The notes under the pieces were generated by a model that ran no database searches, was not told the DNA's origin, and worked only from the letters and a program-made list of their open reading frames with translations. Positions 24,790-37,500 of a DNA stretch of 64,000 nucleotides are shown here, piece by piece. The position numbers and the translations under genes were made by a program. The first letter of the stretch is position 1, and every line of letters starts with the position of its first letter. The DNA is from Harriotta raleighana (taxonomy: Eukaryota): positions 2,261,312 through 2,325,311 of the forward strand of contig JBNZDD010013687.1 of assembly GCA_050575255.1 (NCBI GenBank), given 5' to 3'.

Positions 24790-26328
24790 ACGGACATGCC
24801 TGATCGGCCTGGTACAGTGGCCATCTTCGCTCCCTGAAATCTCATACCTGGCGGCTCGAGCATAGGTGGCAGAAAACCAGCCTCACCACCAGCTGTGGCT
24901 CGAGCATCTTCACAACTACCTCCGTTCTGTCACATGCGATATCATTCTGGAGGTCAAAAACAACTCCAATATCATTCTGGAGGTCAAAAACAACTCAAAG
25001 GTCCTTTTCTCCATCACCCACTATCTTCTCCATGCTCTCCCTCAAGGATCCTCAATCTTCACATCCAACACCAAGTGCGAAGAGGTCATGGACTTCCTTA
25101 CCACCAAAATCAATCATTTCTGCCTGGCAACAACAACAACAAAATTACACTTATATAATGCCTTTCACATCAGGAGGATGTCCCAAGGCACTGGACAGTC
25201 ACTGCTTCAGACCGATCCTACTGCCCCTTGTCGTTCACCACCACCCCCATTCTCTCTTCCTCACGCACCCCATCCTCAGCTCCTAATCTGACCCCATCCT
25301 ACATTTCCTTTCCCCATCTCTCCTTCCTCCCTCTCATCCACCATCACCACTATGAAACCCACCATCTTTTTTTTGTTGGTGATGTGCCTTGACCCCCTTC
25401 CCACCAATTTGCTGATCACCCAGCTCCCCCTCCTCTGCCTACTGCTGGCAGACACCAGAAATCAGTCCCTCTCCTCAGGATCAGTCTCTCCCCCCACTCA
25501 AAACCCACCCTCCAACCCCAGCCACTACCACCCTATCGCTAACCAGCCTTTCATTGCAAAAATTTTAGAATATGTTATTGACAACCAACTCCATGCCCAC
25601 CTTTCCCTCCACACCCTATTTGAACCTCTCCAGTCTTGCTTCCTCCCTGCTCATAGTACAAAGATGCACTTCTGAAAGTCACAAATGATGTCCCTTCTAT
25701 CTGTGACCAGGGCTCCCACTACCTCCTTGTCCTCCTGGATCTCTCCATCATCCACCTCAGTGGGACCGCACTTGTTGGTTCAAGTCCTATCTCACAAACA
25801 GCCAGCAGTACATCTCTGCAAACTGTGTTTCCTCTCGCTTTCGCCCGGTCACCTGCAGTATACTCCAAGGATCCATCCTTGGCCCCCTTCTCGTTCTAAT
25901 CTACATGCTCCCTCTTGGTGATGTCATCTGCAGACATGGGGTAAACTCAGACATGGAGTAAACTTCCACATGTATGAGGATGGCACCAAACTCTACTTTT
26001 CCAACTCAAATTGCGACCCACCCTCAGTCTCCTGATGTTCTGTCAGCCTGTCTGTCAGGCATCAAGAGCTGGATGAGCGCAAACTTCCTGCAGCTAGACG
26101 TTGACAAGACGGAAACCATACTCTTTGGCTCTCGTCAACTTCTTCAGTCCCACTCTCTCCTCCTCTACCTACCTGACTTGCTCCTAAAACACTCCATACC
26201 CGTAGACAACCTTGACATCAGGTTCGACCCCCAATTCCCTGGCTCAGCCCCGGGAATCGGTTATTTTGAAGCTCTCTGATGCCGTATGGCATGGAGGGTA
26301 CTATATAAATGCAAGTTGTTGTTGTTGG
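24790..26328 (+). mobile_element. L2-clade LINE, decayed ORF2 reverse-transcriptase fragment with (GTT)n tail
   Basis: Frame-shifted peptides CLDPLPT, YHPIANQPFIAKILEYVI, FEPLQSCF.PAHST, LKVTND, LVLLDLS, QGSILGPLL, HMYEDG(YADD-like), SACLSGIKSWMSANFLQLDVDKTE; ends tatataaatgcaagttgttgttgtt. Contains internal tandem duplications (24939-24996, 25931-25964) and an antisense L2 tail at 25128-25215. Confidence 0.9.
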
Positions 26329-26369
26329 CTGAGAACCAGAAAGTGCTGCTTTGAATATTTGTATGAAGG

Positions 26370-26668
26370 TAGAAGTGCTGGAGGTTCCATACTTTCAATG
26401 AGACATTAAATCAAGATCTCTACTGTCTATTCATTCAGATGTTAGAGATTTCATGCCAATATTTGAAAGGAGAAAACAGTTTATCCTGGTTTCCTGTCCA
26501 ACAATCATGCAAATAATATTGGTCACTCACTCATGTCTTTTTGTGGACCTTCCTGTCACATTCAAAAGCAAATATTCAGTCTCTACACTCTACAGTAAAA
26601 TATCTGTGAAGCATTTTTAGAGGTCTCAATGGATGATAAGGTGCTACATCAAAAGATTTAATATTATT
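26370..26668 (+). mobile_element. Family B DeuSINE, degraded
   Basis: ttcaatgagacattaaatcaag...tttgtggacctt...tgtgaagcatttt...gataaggtgctacatcaaa tail. Confidence 0.6.
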
Positions 26669-28346
26669 CGTGTTACATAATTCTGCAAAAATAAACCCAT
26701 CATAAACTTGATAGATTTGCACTTCTGCCTTGGTCTGAAATACAGTCACTGATCTGAAAGAAAAGTCCTGGTAAAATAATTGTGTTGAGAAGACACATTC
26801 TAGTTTTGAGAATCACTTTCCAGTGATTGAATCTTTTCAACAGCTTTTTCTTGAGAGATGAAGGAAATGCTTCATTCTTTGAAGTGGTGATGTGAAGCAG
26901 CAAAGAAACTTTTGAGGACTGCAAGTTGTTCAAAAGTCACCATGAAAGGAGAGTCAGAACTTCAGCACAGTGTGGATATGTATTACGGTCTCATAACCTT
27001 GGGGAAATTAAGGATTTTTCGAGAACCATACCAAAAAAAAGATCTGTTGGAAAGAAATGCAGATATTGATCCTGACAATTACTTTTTCTGGGCTGAGATG
27101 AAAACAGTGGCAAAGCTACAAATTTGATTTGATTGACCAATTCCTGAAGCAGAAAAGATTTTTGAGAACTTTTTTAACTCAGGGAACACGCATGAGATGA
27201 CTGGTGATGACAGGAAAAGAGAAATTGAGTGGCTGGTCTGTAGTTTAGGCTCTTAAGCAGCAAGAGTGGAAGATGATTGCTTGGGATTATAAACCTTGAT
27301 CCTAATAATGTTGGTGTTCAAGAAGAGAAATTCTGCTGGACTGAATAGCATGACTTCCTTTAGTTTACCGGATAGAGAAATTTCTGCTTATTTATTGGAT
27401 AATAATAAAATAATAATCCTTGCATTTAATGTAGCAGCTTATCGCATCTTTGAGATGCCTCAAATTATGAATTGACTGTATATTTTGTGCACTGAAAAAC
27501 TGAATAATAGATGCTGAAAAGCAAAAGTTTCACTTTACTCCCTAGACTATGTTAGAGAGAACCTAGTATCCCATATAAAAAATAATGTGAAAAATTCAAA
27601 TGATCAGATTACATTTATCATATTATTATTTTCAGCATCACAATTGCTAAATGCACACAACACATATTGTTTTGAATTAACGATGATATCATAAAAGCCG
27701 AGGTAGCAGACAAAGAATATGACAGGTGATGTTGTTTCTCTATTCTCATTTTCCAACGCATGTAAATATCACAGTTCAGATCCAACACAATTTTGGTTCT
27801 AATTTTGCAAACCCATATTCTCGTAAAAGTAATGAAGTCCTAAAATCCATAGTGAGTGGTGTATGTATATAAACTTGTCAATCCAGAACATGAGAAGCTA
27901 AAGACATCCACGGTTCAAATAAGATGGCCAAGCTTTGCAGCATCAATTGGGTTATAGTGAGGCAGATTTACATGTTGTTACACAGCAATTACAGAAGTAG
28001 AACAGTTCTCGTGATTTTACTTTGACTCTAATGTTTAATGGAACACAACCATAAGTAGGGTCTTGGGAGCAACAACATTCCAGAGTGAGGTTTGGATCTA
28101 ATTATAATTCTTATTCAGTTCTCCGAAGCAGTCGTCATGTATTCAAGCAACTGTTTAGTGTGAATCTACAGAGTGACAGATCAGGCGGACTTTGACAACA
28201 GTTCTTTATAAGTGAATAACTCTGTGGACCATGTGGATATGGATTAAAACAACAAACCTGTGTGTATGCTCAGTTTGCAGCACAGTTCGATAAAAAAAAA
28301 TTACAAATTAATATTCCAATGTTTTGCAGAATAGAGATGGTGTTGG

Positions 28347-28378
28347 AGCAGTGTTATAATGCCACCAGGGGGCAGCTA
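28347..28378 (+). promoter_or_regulatory. CTCF binding motif (core plus candidate upstream motif)
   Basis: gccaccagggggcagc is a near-ideal match to the CCASYAGRKGGCRS core, preceded by agcagtgtt at upstream-motif spacing. Confidence 0.65.
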
Positions 28379-29216
28379 TGGAATATGTTAAACCTGGAAA
28401 AGCCACTCATCCGATTATAATGCATTGAATAGGACTGAAATATATCCCTGGAAAATACTGCAATTAGAAAGAAGACTGCAGCTGTGATTTTGAAACAAAA
28501 AACATAAAACTTGTGACCTTCATTTATAATAAAGGGTACCTTTTTGTTGAGCCCATTGCAAAAATCAAGGGAAATCAGCTACATTTGGGGTCCTGGTTCT
28601 GTGAATCTTGCTGCTATTATCTCCATTTCACTACAATTAAAACTGTTAGTCATGCATCAGCTCTTGTCTGTAATTATTCACATTTAAACTTCTGTCACTT
28701 TCATCTTGTTTGAAAACATCACCACAGAACCTGTAATTAAACAAAGGCTGCTTCAGGCAATCTCAGCCATGCTTCAAGTGACTGTAGGAGGAAATCTCAA
28801 CATCTAGTCAACAATGAGCTTTCACCTTTCCTCGGGCTATTCTAACGAGGCTATAGTTAGTTAAGGGATCTCTGTTCAAATCAAAAGAAAATCAGACCAG
28901 CCAGGTCCATCACATATTACTACAGTGCCAAATTCCATGGATTAAAAAACCCTGCAATATTTTAATAGCACTTTTCTGACTCCCAACACTGAGCATTTCA
29001 TTATCTGTGTTTCTGAAAATGCATGCAGGTAATGTCAAGGACAAGGGTTTACATTATATTTCACGGTCATTGTTTCCACTTGTGGAGCTGATGAGATAAT
29101 CTGCAAACAGTGATTGGTTGGATATCATTTTCATGTATATTATATCAAAAAAATTAACCAGCAGACACAATCTGTTCAGCAGTATTTGCCCAAAGTTTTT
29201 TTTTAGAATTTAGAAT

Positions 29217-29535
29217 AAAAATTAATAAACTTGCAGTTGTATAGAACCATTGACACCGGGTCACACCTGAATGCTTTACAGGATGGGATTGGAATACTGA
29301 GCAAAGGAAACAGAAGAGGGGGGGAAATGATCTTAGACATATTCAAAGAGGTATAATTCGAGGCAGGATTTAAAGGCAGAAATATAGTGGGGGAGAGTGA
29401 GCTGTGGGGGGAGTGGAAGAGGAATCAGTTCTGAAGGTTAACGGGTGGAACTGAACGCTCGGACACTGCTGGTAGCGTAGAGAGGGTAAGGAACATGCAC
29501 ATGTAGCAAGCCCGATTTAGCTGAACGGAGGAATA
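29217..29535 (-). mobile_element. L2 LINE 3' fragment, degraded
   Basis: aaacttgcagttgtatagaac tail; purine-rich body with ggatttaaagg...gggagagtgagctgtggggg. Confidence 0.55.
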
Positions 29536-29944
29536 AAGTATTTGGAAGGAAGTCATGAATTTATAGATGAATATTTTGTGGAAACATAAAGCCGGAAACC
29601 TTTGCAGGAATATTTTTGGATTATCCTTCTATAGTGTTTGACAATCTGCTCTGTGACCATGTTCTAGTAGCAATGTTAAAATGGGATAGCGTTTACAGAC
29701 GGTGTTAACATAGAGAGGTTGAGATGTTATTAACCTCATGTTAAGGCTCGAGTGGCTTTATCAGTGTAATGCTGACATAGAGATGCATCATTTCTTTATA
29801 ACAAACTCCACAGCATTGTTTTGTATATCTAAAAAAAATCACTTAATGACTTATTCAACATATGAGATTCTGTTTACATCGGAAGTCCAATTTAATTTTT
29901 ATTCCAGAATAGATTGGATAGTGTTAAAATGGTTATGTACGATT

Positions 29945-30125
29945 ATAATAATACTAATAATTCTCGCATTTGATACAGCACTTTTCATGTTTTCTGGAGT
30001 CTCAAAGCACTTCAGAGGATATACTGTAAAGTGAATTAACTGTATTTTTTTGTGTGGGTGAAACACGACAGCCAATTGCACACAGCAGTGTCTCACAAAC
30101 AGTGGTAGATTGAGTGAGCAAATTT
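29945..30125 (-). mobile_element. Family A SINE 3' half
   Basis: Tail plus core cagccaattgcacacagcagtgtctcacaaacag. Confidence 0.8.
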
Positions 30126-30511
30126 TTTTAATATTAATTTAGGTAATCAGAGTTATGTACTTTATTTTACTTCCATATATTATATAAGTGAATACACAAT
30201 ATCCAGTCAGCAACAAATTACTCTTCATAATACTGCACCAGGTAACCACTATCCTGGATGTTATGAAAAGGTTATGTGTGCATAAAGAAAACCAATTTTG
30301 GCAATAGTTTTACTTCATAAAATAAGTTTTTTTTTCTGATAAGCAACTCTAAGTTTGCATTGATTTATTATTAATCTTTCAGTCCAGAATGCCACAGCAA
30401 AAACGGCATGCTGTTTCCATCGTAACACCTGCTGCTGAAAAGGAAATGGCCTCATACAAAAAAACTAATGACTGCATCAAAGTGAATTATCCCAGGTAGT
30501 AAACTTATTCT

Positions 30512-31808
30512 TGGCCTCCTGTGATGGTTGTAAACTGCTGGAACTTTGCTCTCATGGTTTATTCCATCATCTGATTGCCCCTCAGTTGGATGGTTATCAG
30601 ATAGTTATTGTTGTGCGCAATTTGTCTGCTGCATTTTCGCCCACAAATAGACAGTCAATTTTTTCTACTTTCCTTGCCCATACCCACCTCCACACTCCCC
30701 CCGCCCCCCCCCTTCGCCCGCTCTGATCCCTACTTGAAAAAACATTGAAGACTGTCACATCTGATGTGCAACAATTTCAAATGTGATACCTTACCCCCCA
30801 AAAAAGAAGTAGGTCAGGCCAACTCGTGCTAAAATCCAACTTTTGAGTTCTTATATTAAAAAACAATCCTGCTCTCTTTTCTGGGTCAATATTCTGTCAC
30901 TGTGCATGTGTCGTTTTCATGATGCATGTCTTCTTTTTCATCATGTGATTTTCCTTGGTGTATAGGTGGGGGTTTTTTTTCACCTGCAGTAGCTCCTATA
31001 GTATTATGAGCAGCTCAGCTAATTAAAAAGAATCAAGGGCAGCACATTGTACTGGATGGTTGCATTACTCAATAACAGATCCATTCATATTCTGTCTCTC
31101 CACTTCCCACAGACTTCATTTGCACACAAACTGCTCAAGTATATTTCAAGAACCTTTTCCATTTTGCCAATTAAAGTATGGAATAAATGATGAAAGAAGA
31201 CATATTAGAATACAATATCACATGGAAATGAAAGCTACCCCTGACTTATTCTTGTTGCTATTAGGGATTGGAGCGTTAAAAACTTTACATAGCTCAGTAA
31301 GGGGTCGTTGTATCAGACTGCTTGAATCTTAGATTTTGCACTAAAGTTACCAGTTTATTCAAATATGAAAATTTAATAGCTTGTAGGTAATAAAATGGAA
31401 AAGGAATAATGCCTAGTTAATCTTGTTCAATTGAATTTCAATGCTCATTTCAAGCTGTGCATCACTCAACTACATAAGTTATGGAATACATTTTCTCTTG
31501 CATATATAATGCAGTGTAATAAACAAAATGAATATTGGAAGGCTCTCGTGGCAGAGCTAATTTGGCACACTGTGTTTGCTGGCTGAGTGGAAGAAACCTC
31601 TGTGTTTGTAAAGAGATCACTATCCTGTACATAGTTATCTCTACAAGACACACATACGATATTACGATACTAGCTCTGTAGTATCTATTCAGCCAATGTA
31701 GTTTGAACAATTTATGGGCAAGAGTCCTCATCTTAAAAATCAATGGCTTTCAAATACATGGCCTCCTGTAAACTGCTGGAACTTTGCTCTCATGGTTTAT
31801 TCCATCAT
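30512..31808 (+). repeat. Dispersed direct repeat: 30512-30570 and 31759-31808
   Basis: tggcctcc[tgtgatggt]tgtaaactgctggaactttgctctcatggtttattccatcat; identical except for a 9-bp indel. Confidence 0.88.
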
Positions 31809-32724
31809 AGAGTGTAACACATTTATACATTTTCTTTGCTGGAGTTTCAAAACTATCAGTAAATTTAAAAAATGGTATTGGGAAGGTCACAGTAGGAAAC
31901 TCCAGAATAAAGAGCATCCATTTCATAGTCAATGTTCTGGATCACTGCTGTAGTACAGTAGTTGGCGAGTGAAAGTGGAATCTACTCCTCCAAGACTAAT
32001 TCTGAAAATTAGCAATGCTATTGCTTAGGGATCAGCCCACATGTCATTATCACAAGCATTCCATGAATTTAAAAATATACCTCTCAGTTTCATTCTCAAT
32101 TTTTAAATATGGATTGCTCTACCAACAAAAAGTTATTCAAATTCAGTCAGTAATTAAAAATGGAATTTTAAATGGAATTGGATAAATATTTGAGGAAAAA
32201 AATTATATTGAAGGGAAGTTGTGTGGGGGGATTGGGGGGAAGCTAGCACCAGTAGAAGAAGTAACACAATTAATTTGGCTGGAACCTTTCTGTTGGCTGT
32301 AAACATTTAATACCTTACTAAGTTCAGTGATCAGTCATCCTGCACAATAAAGTTGAGATCTGCCATGTTGTCAATGTACCAAACTATGGCTTATGATCTG
32401 ATCACTGGGAATTCTAACATAAAATGTGGATACTGTATTTGCTAGTAGCCAAAATGCAATGACCATGGCAAAACAGAACAGGCAGCTACCAATTTTAAAC
32501 CAATGCCAATTTCATGCAGGAATTGCTGCATTAAATTATCTGTAAGAACCCATTCTAATTCATAATAAAAGCTTCCATACCAAATATTGTATTCGCATGG
32601 AACAACAGGATGAGAATGAGAACACACCTGGACCAATCTATTTTAGCAACACTAATGCTAAAATTTATATTAGTGATTTTCCACCAATCTTTATTGATAA
32701 AATAATTTCAAGTTGGAATAGAAC

Positions 32725-33103
32725 TTGCAAAGTGCTTTGAGACGTCTAGAAGATGTGAAAAGCGCTGTATCAAATACAAGCATTATTATTATTATTATTA
32801 TTATTACTTGTGATAATTACATATAAGTACTGTGGAGTCCTATTGCTCAATGCTTAGGGCGTTCACCTCGTAAGGAAAAGGCCTGGGTTCAATTCCTGGC
32901 AGGGAAAACTTTTGGCAAGTTTCCTTACTTCACATGCCTAAAAAAAAATTGGTCACTTTAATCTACAATTGTTTATGGGACACTGCTGTGTGCAATTGGA
33001 TGACGTGTTTCATACATAAATATAGTCAATTTACTGTGTACATCCCCTTGAAGCGCTTTGAGACATCTAAAAGATGCTATATCAAATGGAAGGATTATTA
33101 TTA
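32725..33103 (+). mobile_element. SINE tail with long (ATT)n (32725-32806) followed by a full-length family A SINE (32834-33103)
   Basis: ggagtcctattgctcaatgcttagggc head, gggttcaattcc B-box, core and tail. Confidence 0.85.
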
Positions 33104-33576
33104 TAAAGGTTGTGTTGTACTGTATTGTGTTGAGTTGAAGACTGTCAGAAATATTGACTAACCAGCACCATGGGACATTCTGCCGATGTGAAAGGCTCTA
33201 TACAAATTTTATTTTGTTGTTGCTATATAGCTGTCATCAAATCAATGGCTTTAAAATGTTAATGAACTACAAACCTGGCAGAAACCCATAGTTTGAAAAT
33301 AACTTTAAAAAAAATATATATGTGGGACTTATTAGTGAATAGGTTACTCCAACCTATTTGAGTGATAATATGCTGACTACTTTTTATTGACTGATGTTAT
33401 GCGACAGACTATCATAACAATTATGGAAAATATCAAGCATCTCAAAAGGGTCATTGATACAGTCTTGTGAAATTATACAATAACAATCTATTAAGCATTA
33501 AATGTGCTTTATAGCATTAGTTACTGCTATAAGTTAAACTCTCAAAGCACAATATTTTGATTAATTTTCACTGTCA

Positions 33577-33955
33577 ATAATTTTTACATTTGATATAGTG
33601 GCTTATCACAACATTAAGATATCTCAAAGCCTTCACAGGATGTTATTATAAAGGGTAATGATTATTATTCTTGCAGTGTCTTAAACAGTCAAGTGAATGA
33701 CCAATTTTATTTAACAGGTTGTTGGCCAGGTTTGCCAGAAGAAACTCCCTTCTCTTTTCAAATAGTACGATAGGATATTTAATATTCTCCTAAAAACGCA
33801 CTTTAGTTTTAATATCTCATCTGAAGGTTGGCACCTTACAACAATGTAGCACACTTTTACTCACAGGAGTGTCTATGTGAGTTAAATTTCTTGACATTGG
33901 GTTTGAACCCACCGTATTTTGACTCCGAGACAAGAGTACCACCAACTGAACAAGA
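33577..33955 (-). mobile_element. Family B DeuSINE, near full length, degraded
   Basis: Tail aataatttttacatttgatatag; ctcatctgaaggttggcacc; head tttgaacccacc...tgactccgagacaagagtaccaccaactga. Confidence 0.65.
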
Positions 33956-34240
33956 CTGCTAATGGCTTGTTACTCAATGCAAATGCTCAATGTCATCATC
34001 CGTTAACCATAAAAATGAAAATATACTATCCTGAAATAGATAGTTATCTGTAAGCATCTCTATACAACACAATCTCCACGTGGTACAAAGATGTATAAAA
34101 TTTGGATGAAATAAAAATTAACTTCCAGTTGTAGTCTTATTTCTTTCATTGTGTTCCATCTATGATTTCAATATAATATCTATAATATCAAACTCTTTTG
34201 ACTCCCTTTTTTAAATTGATCCACCCGTTTATCTTATTTN

Positions 34241-34573
34241 AGACTCATATCAAGGATTCATAGTCCAGGCTAATATTTCAGTGAAATACAGGAAAGGTCA
34301 GAGTTCCCATACTTGGGTTGAGACTTTGATCTAACAACAAAATGCAGTCACTCACTAACTCAAATTGCACATCCTACCATTAGAAACATACTGAGAACAT
34401 GCTTTTAATTATTCCTACCTTTTGTTAAAGAAACAAATAACTTGCATTTTTACAGCACATACATTTGTCGAAACAGAATTTAGATCAAAGTCTCAACCCA
34501 AGTATGGGAACTCTGACCTTTCCTGTATTTCACTGAAATATTAGCCTGGACTATGAATCCTTGATATGAGTCT
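34241..34573. repeat. Perfect 94-bp inverted repeat (34241-34334 / 34480-34573), 145-bp spacer
   Basis: Arms are exact reverse complements; the left arm starts immediately after the single N at 34240. Confidence 0.9.
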
Positions 34574-37500
34574 TGAACTGACAACTTTTGACCCAAAGGC
34601 AAAAATGCTGTAAACTGAGCCCAGTTCACACACCATAAAACCTGGATTGCGACCAAGATAAAAGTATTTCCATATTTACAAATGTAAAAATTATTCATTT
34701 TTTTCTTGAACATCCAAAATACAAGTGCAGTCAGTCAGGTGTGTAGCATGCCCATGTCATAAATTATATTTTATTGTGTTTGCCTTATGTTTTATTCATC
34801 GTTTTGGCATTTTGCCTTGCAGAGATTTTTTTTTGACAGCTTTCCAACTGAGCTTTATCTTGGAATACTTTCATGTTAAAATCATTTTCTAGCGTAAATA
34901 CTAATAACCATGCAGATAAAGATTGATGTTTTCCTTAATTATGAACTCCTAAATGTTAATATTTGTTATACATTATCCTATCTTATAAATGGGATCTCAG
35001 TTCTGTAATAACTGTGCATATCATCTGGTAGAAAAGAGTATGTAAAGCCATCCAAAATCAGCCTAGCCAAAAGGAGTTCTATCAATGTAAGCTTTTGAAA
35101 CAATTGAAACTTAGCGAAAGGCTTGGATTGTTTTCCAGTGTTCTTACTCCAAGATAATCATCTTCCTACAGTGTAGTCAAAGCTGCTCTATACATGGCTA
35201 TGGGATCCGTGAATGATGATTATTTAATGTGACAATAAAAAACGAAAAATGTCACAACATACAAAACACAATTTATAAAACCATTTTCTCATCTTGTAAT
35301 AGGTGATGATCTGATTATCCCAATAGCATCTATCACACTGCAGGATTTATTTGCTGGCCTGACTTTCTTCTTTTTTTTCGATCCGTTAATCTGTTTTGTG
35401 ATTAGCTTGCAGCTCTGGTAATATTGTTACATTGCAAGAAATTGCATTTTTTTTAAAAAATCATTCCCTATCCCTGCGACGAAGAAGACAAAAATAATCA
35501 ATATACTGAGCAGAGTGAGAAATATTTTAAAACAGACAAAAATGTTTGCCTCATACTGTACTTATCTTACTGACGGATATGTGTTAGTGTAGGCAAACCA
35601 GTGAAAATATTATCTATTTTAACAGGATAGTAATTGTCAAATCCCGCTTTTCTCAGAGTTTTGATGGTTGAGCACTATGCTTGTGTACAAAACCATCATC
35701 ATGTATCTATTACATGGCATGGAATAAGCTTTAAGCAAACACCTTGTATTTTAAAAAAAATAGTTCTCTGACAGATTTAAAATCACTAAGAAAGGCAATG
35801 GATCTGTGTCTGTGAATTTAACCTGCTGGTTTTATGACACATATGAACTGTTAACAACTTTGAACAGATGTCAAATTCATATGCTAAACGTTTCCAACTA
35901 CCAAACTCCAGGCTCCCAGATACCACTGAGATTCCATTGTGACCAGGTAAATCCATGCGTACAGTATGCAGCTCACAGAAACCCAAACCTTTGAGGAGCC
36001 TGGTTGGGATCAGAATCTAGTGATGGTAATTTTGTAGCCTGATGGAAAGTGATGCGGTGTAAAGTGTAATCCCAATTTCTTGCCCACTTCTCTGTACTGC
36101 AAGGAGAGTTGAAGCTCCTTCACTCCCAGCAGCATAAACTCAACATAAAAACAGTCTTACTCTGCTTCAATTTAATTCCCAGTCCACGGCGAGTTAATGC
36201 ACCTTAACAAGGGCAGCAGTCAATGTACAGCATTATAGTTGATCTTAGCAAGTCTAAGTTGGGCCTGATTCCGGACCTGTTTGTTGTTTAACAACCCAAA
36301 CTACAACGTACACAAATGTGGAGGTTGGACAAGAACTGGATCATGGTCGACTGTTATGTTCTGCCAACACTCACAATCTAGACACATGCAGAAAGAACAA
36401 TCACTTTGGTTGAAGAACTGAAGAACATCCAGCACACATGGAGTTGGGCAACAAAAAGCAAGTGCTATATTGTGATAAAAAGTGCTGGCAATTATGTTTA
36501 AAACTGTTGTGGGACTCAACAGTTTTGGGGGGATGGGACAGGGATGGGACAGGGGTTGGGGGGAGGGGTGTCACACAGTGTGAATTAAGCAAAAATGTGG
36601 TGCATGCAAACCCTGGCAATCTGGACTAATGATGGGAGATCTGACTGGAATTTCTGGTTAAGTGTTGAAATATGTTGGTCCCAGCAGAATGATTGATTGG
36701 AATCCCATGAGCAGAAAATAATGTCAATTCACTTTACAGTATATTCTGCAAAGGGCTTTTTGATGTCTTGAAGATGTGATAAGGCGCGATATCAAAAGCA
36801 AGGATGATTATTATTAGAGCGAAGATTAATAAACACAGTGAGGCAAGAGTGCAGGCTCAGGGAAATGTTTTTAACATTTTAGCTTTTGGGCCTAGTCCGG
36901 CTTCTAAATTCCAGATACCTTGAGTCCAGAGGTTTACTGCATCCACTAAGTAAACATTTCAATTTCATCATAGGTCTCATGGGCTGCTCAGCATTCATTT
37001 TAAAAAAAAACTCCTTGCATGAAACCAATATTTATTTAGTGCTTTTCACGTCAGGTTGGTGGGTGGGGGGGGCATCGTAAAGTGCTTCACACAGAGACGA
37101 TTCAAGTGGAAAGTGTAGTGACTTGTGTACCTGTGTAGGAAAAGTTCCAGCCTACCGCCTCTCAGATTCTTACTAATACAACCTACCAATTTTGCTAAGT
37201 TATTCTCTTACAATATGAAAAATCCAAGTGCACACTTTGAAACAGGGAAGCACGCATTCGCTTTGGTGGTGGGTCTCTGTTAGAGTACCACTTCCCCTCC
37301 TTCCCACCACTGATGTGATCTCTTCCCTTGTCCAAGACTAACATGACATTTCCATAGTTGCTTTGGATTAACATTAATTTGCCTGTACCTATTCAAGCAA
37401 ACATTTGATGCAAATTTGCTCACTTGAAAAAAAAAGTCACGATTCCTCAGGAGAATTATTTGGTGTTGCAGTTTTACAGTCATATGTTTTTGATAAATAA

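Noticed and set aside
25352-26279. Active reverse transcriptase gene
   Set aside because: Multiple frameshifts, stops and deletions, and the catalytic YADD is degenerate.
26700-27350. Short ORFs (71-77 aa) as a gene or transposase remnant
   Set aside because: No recognisable motif or splice structure; lengths are within chance expectation.
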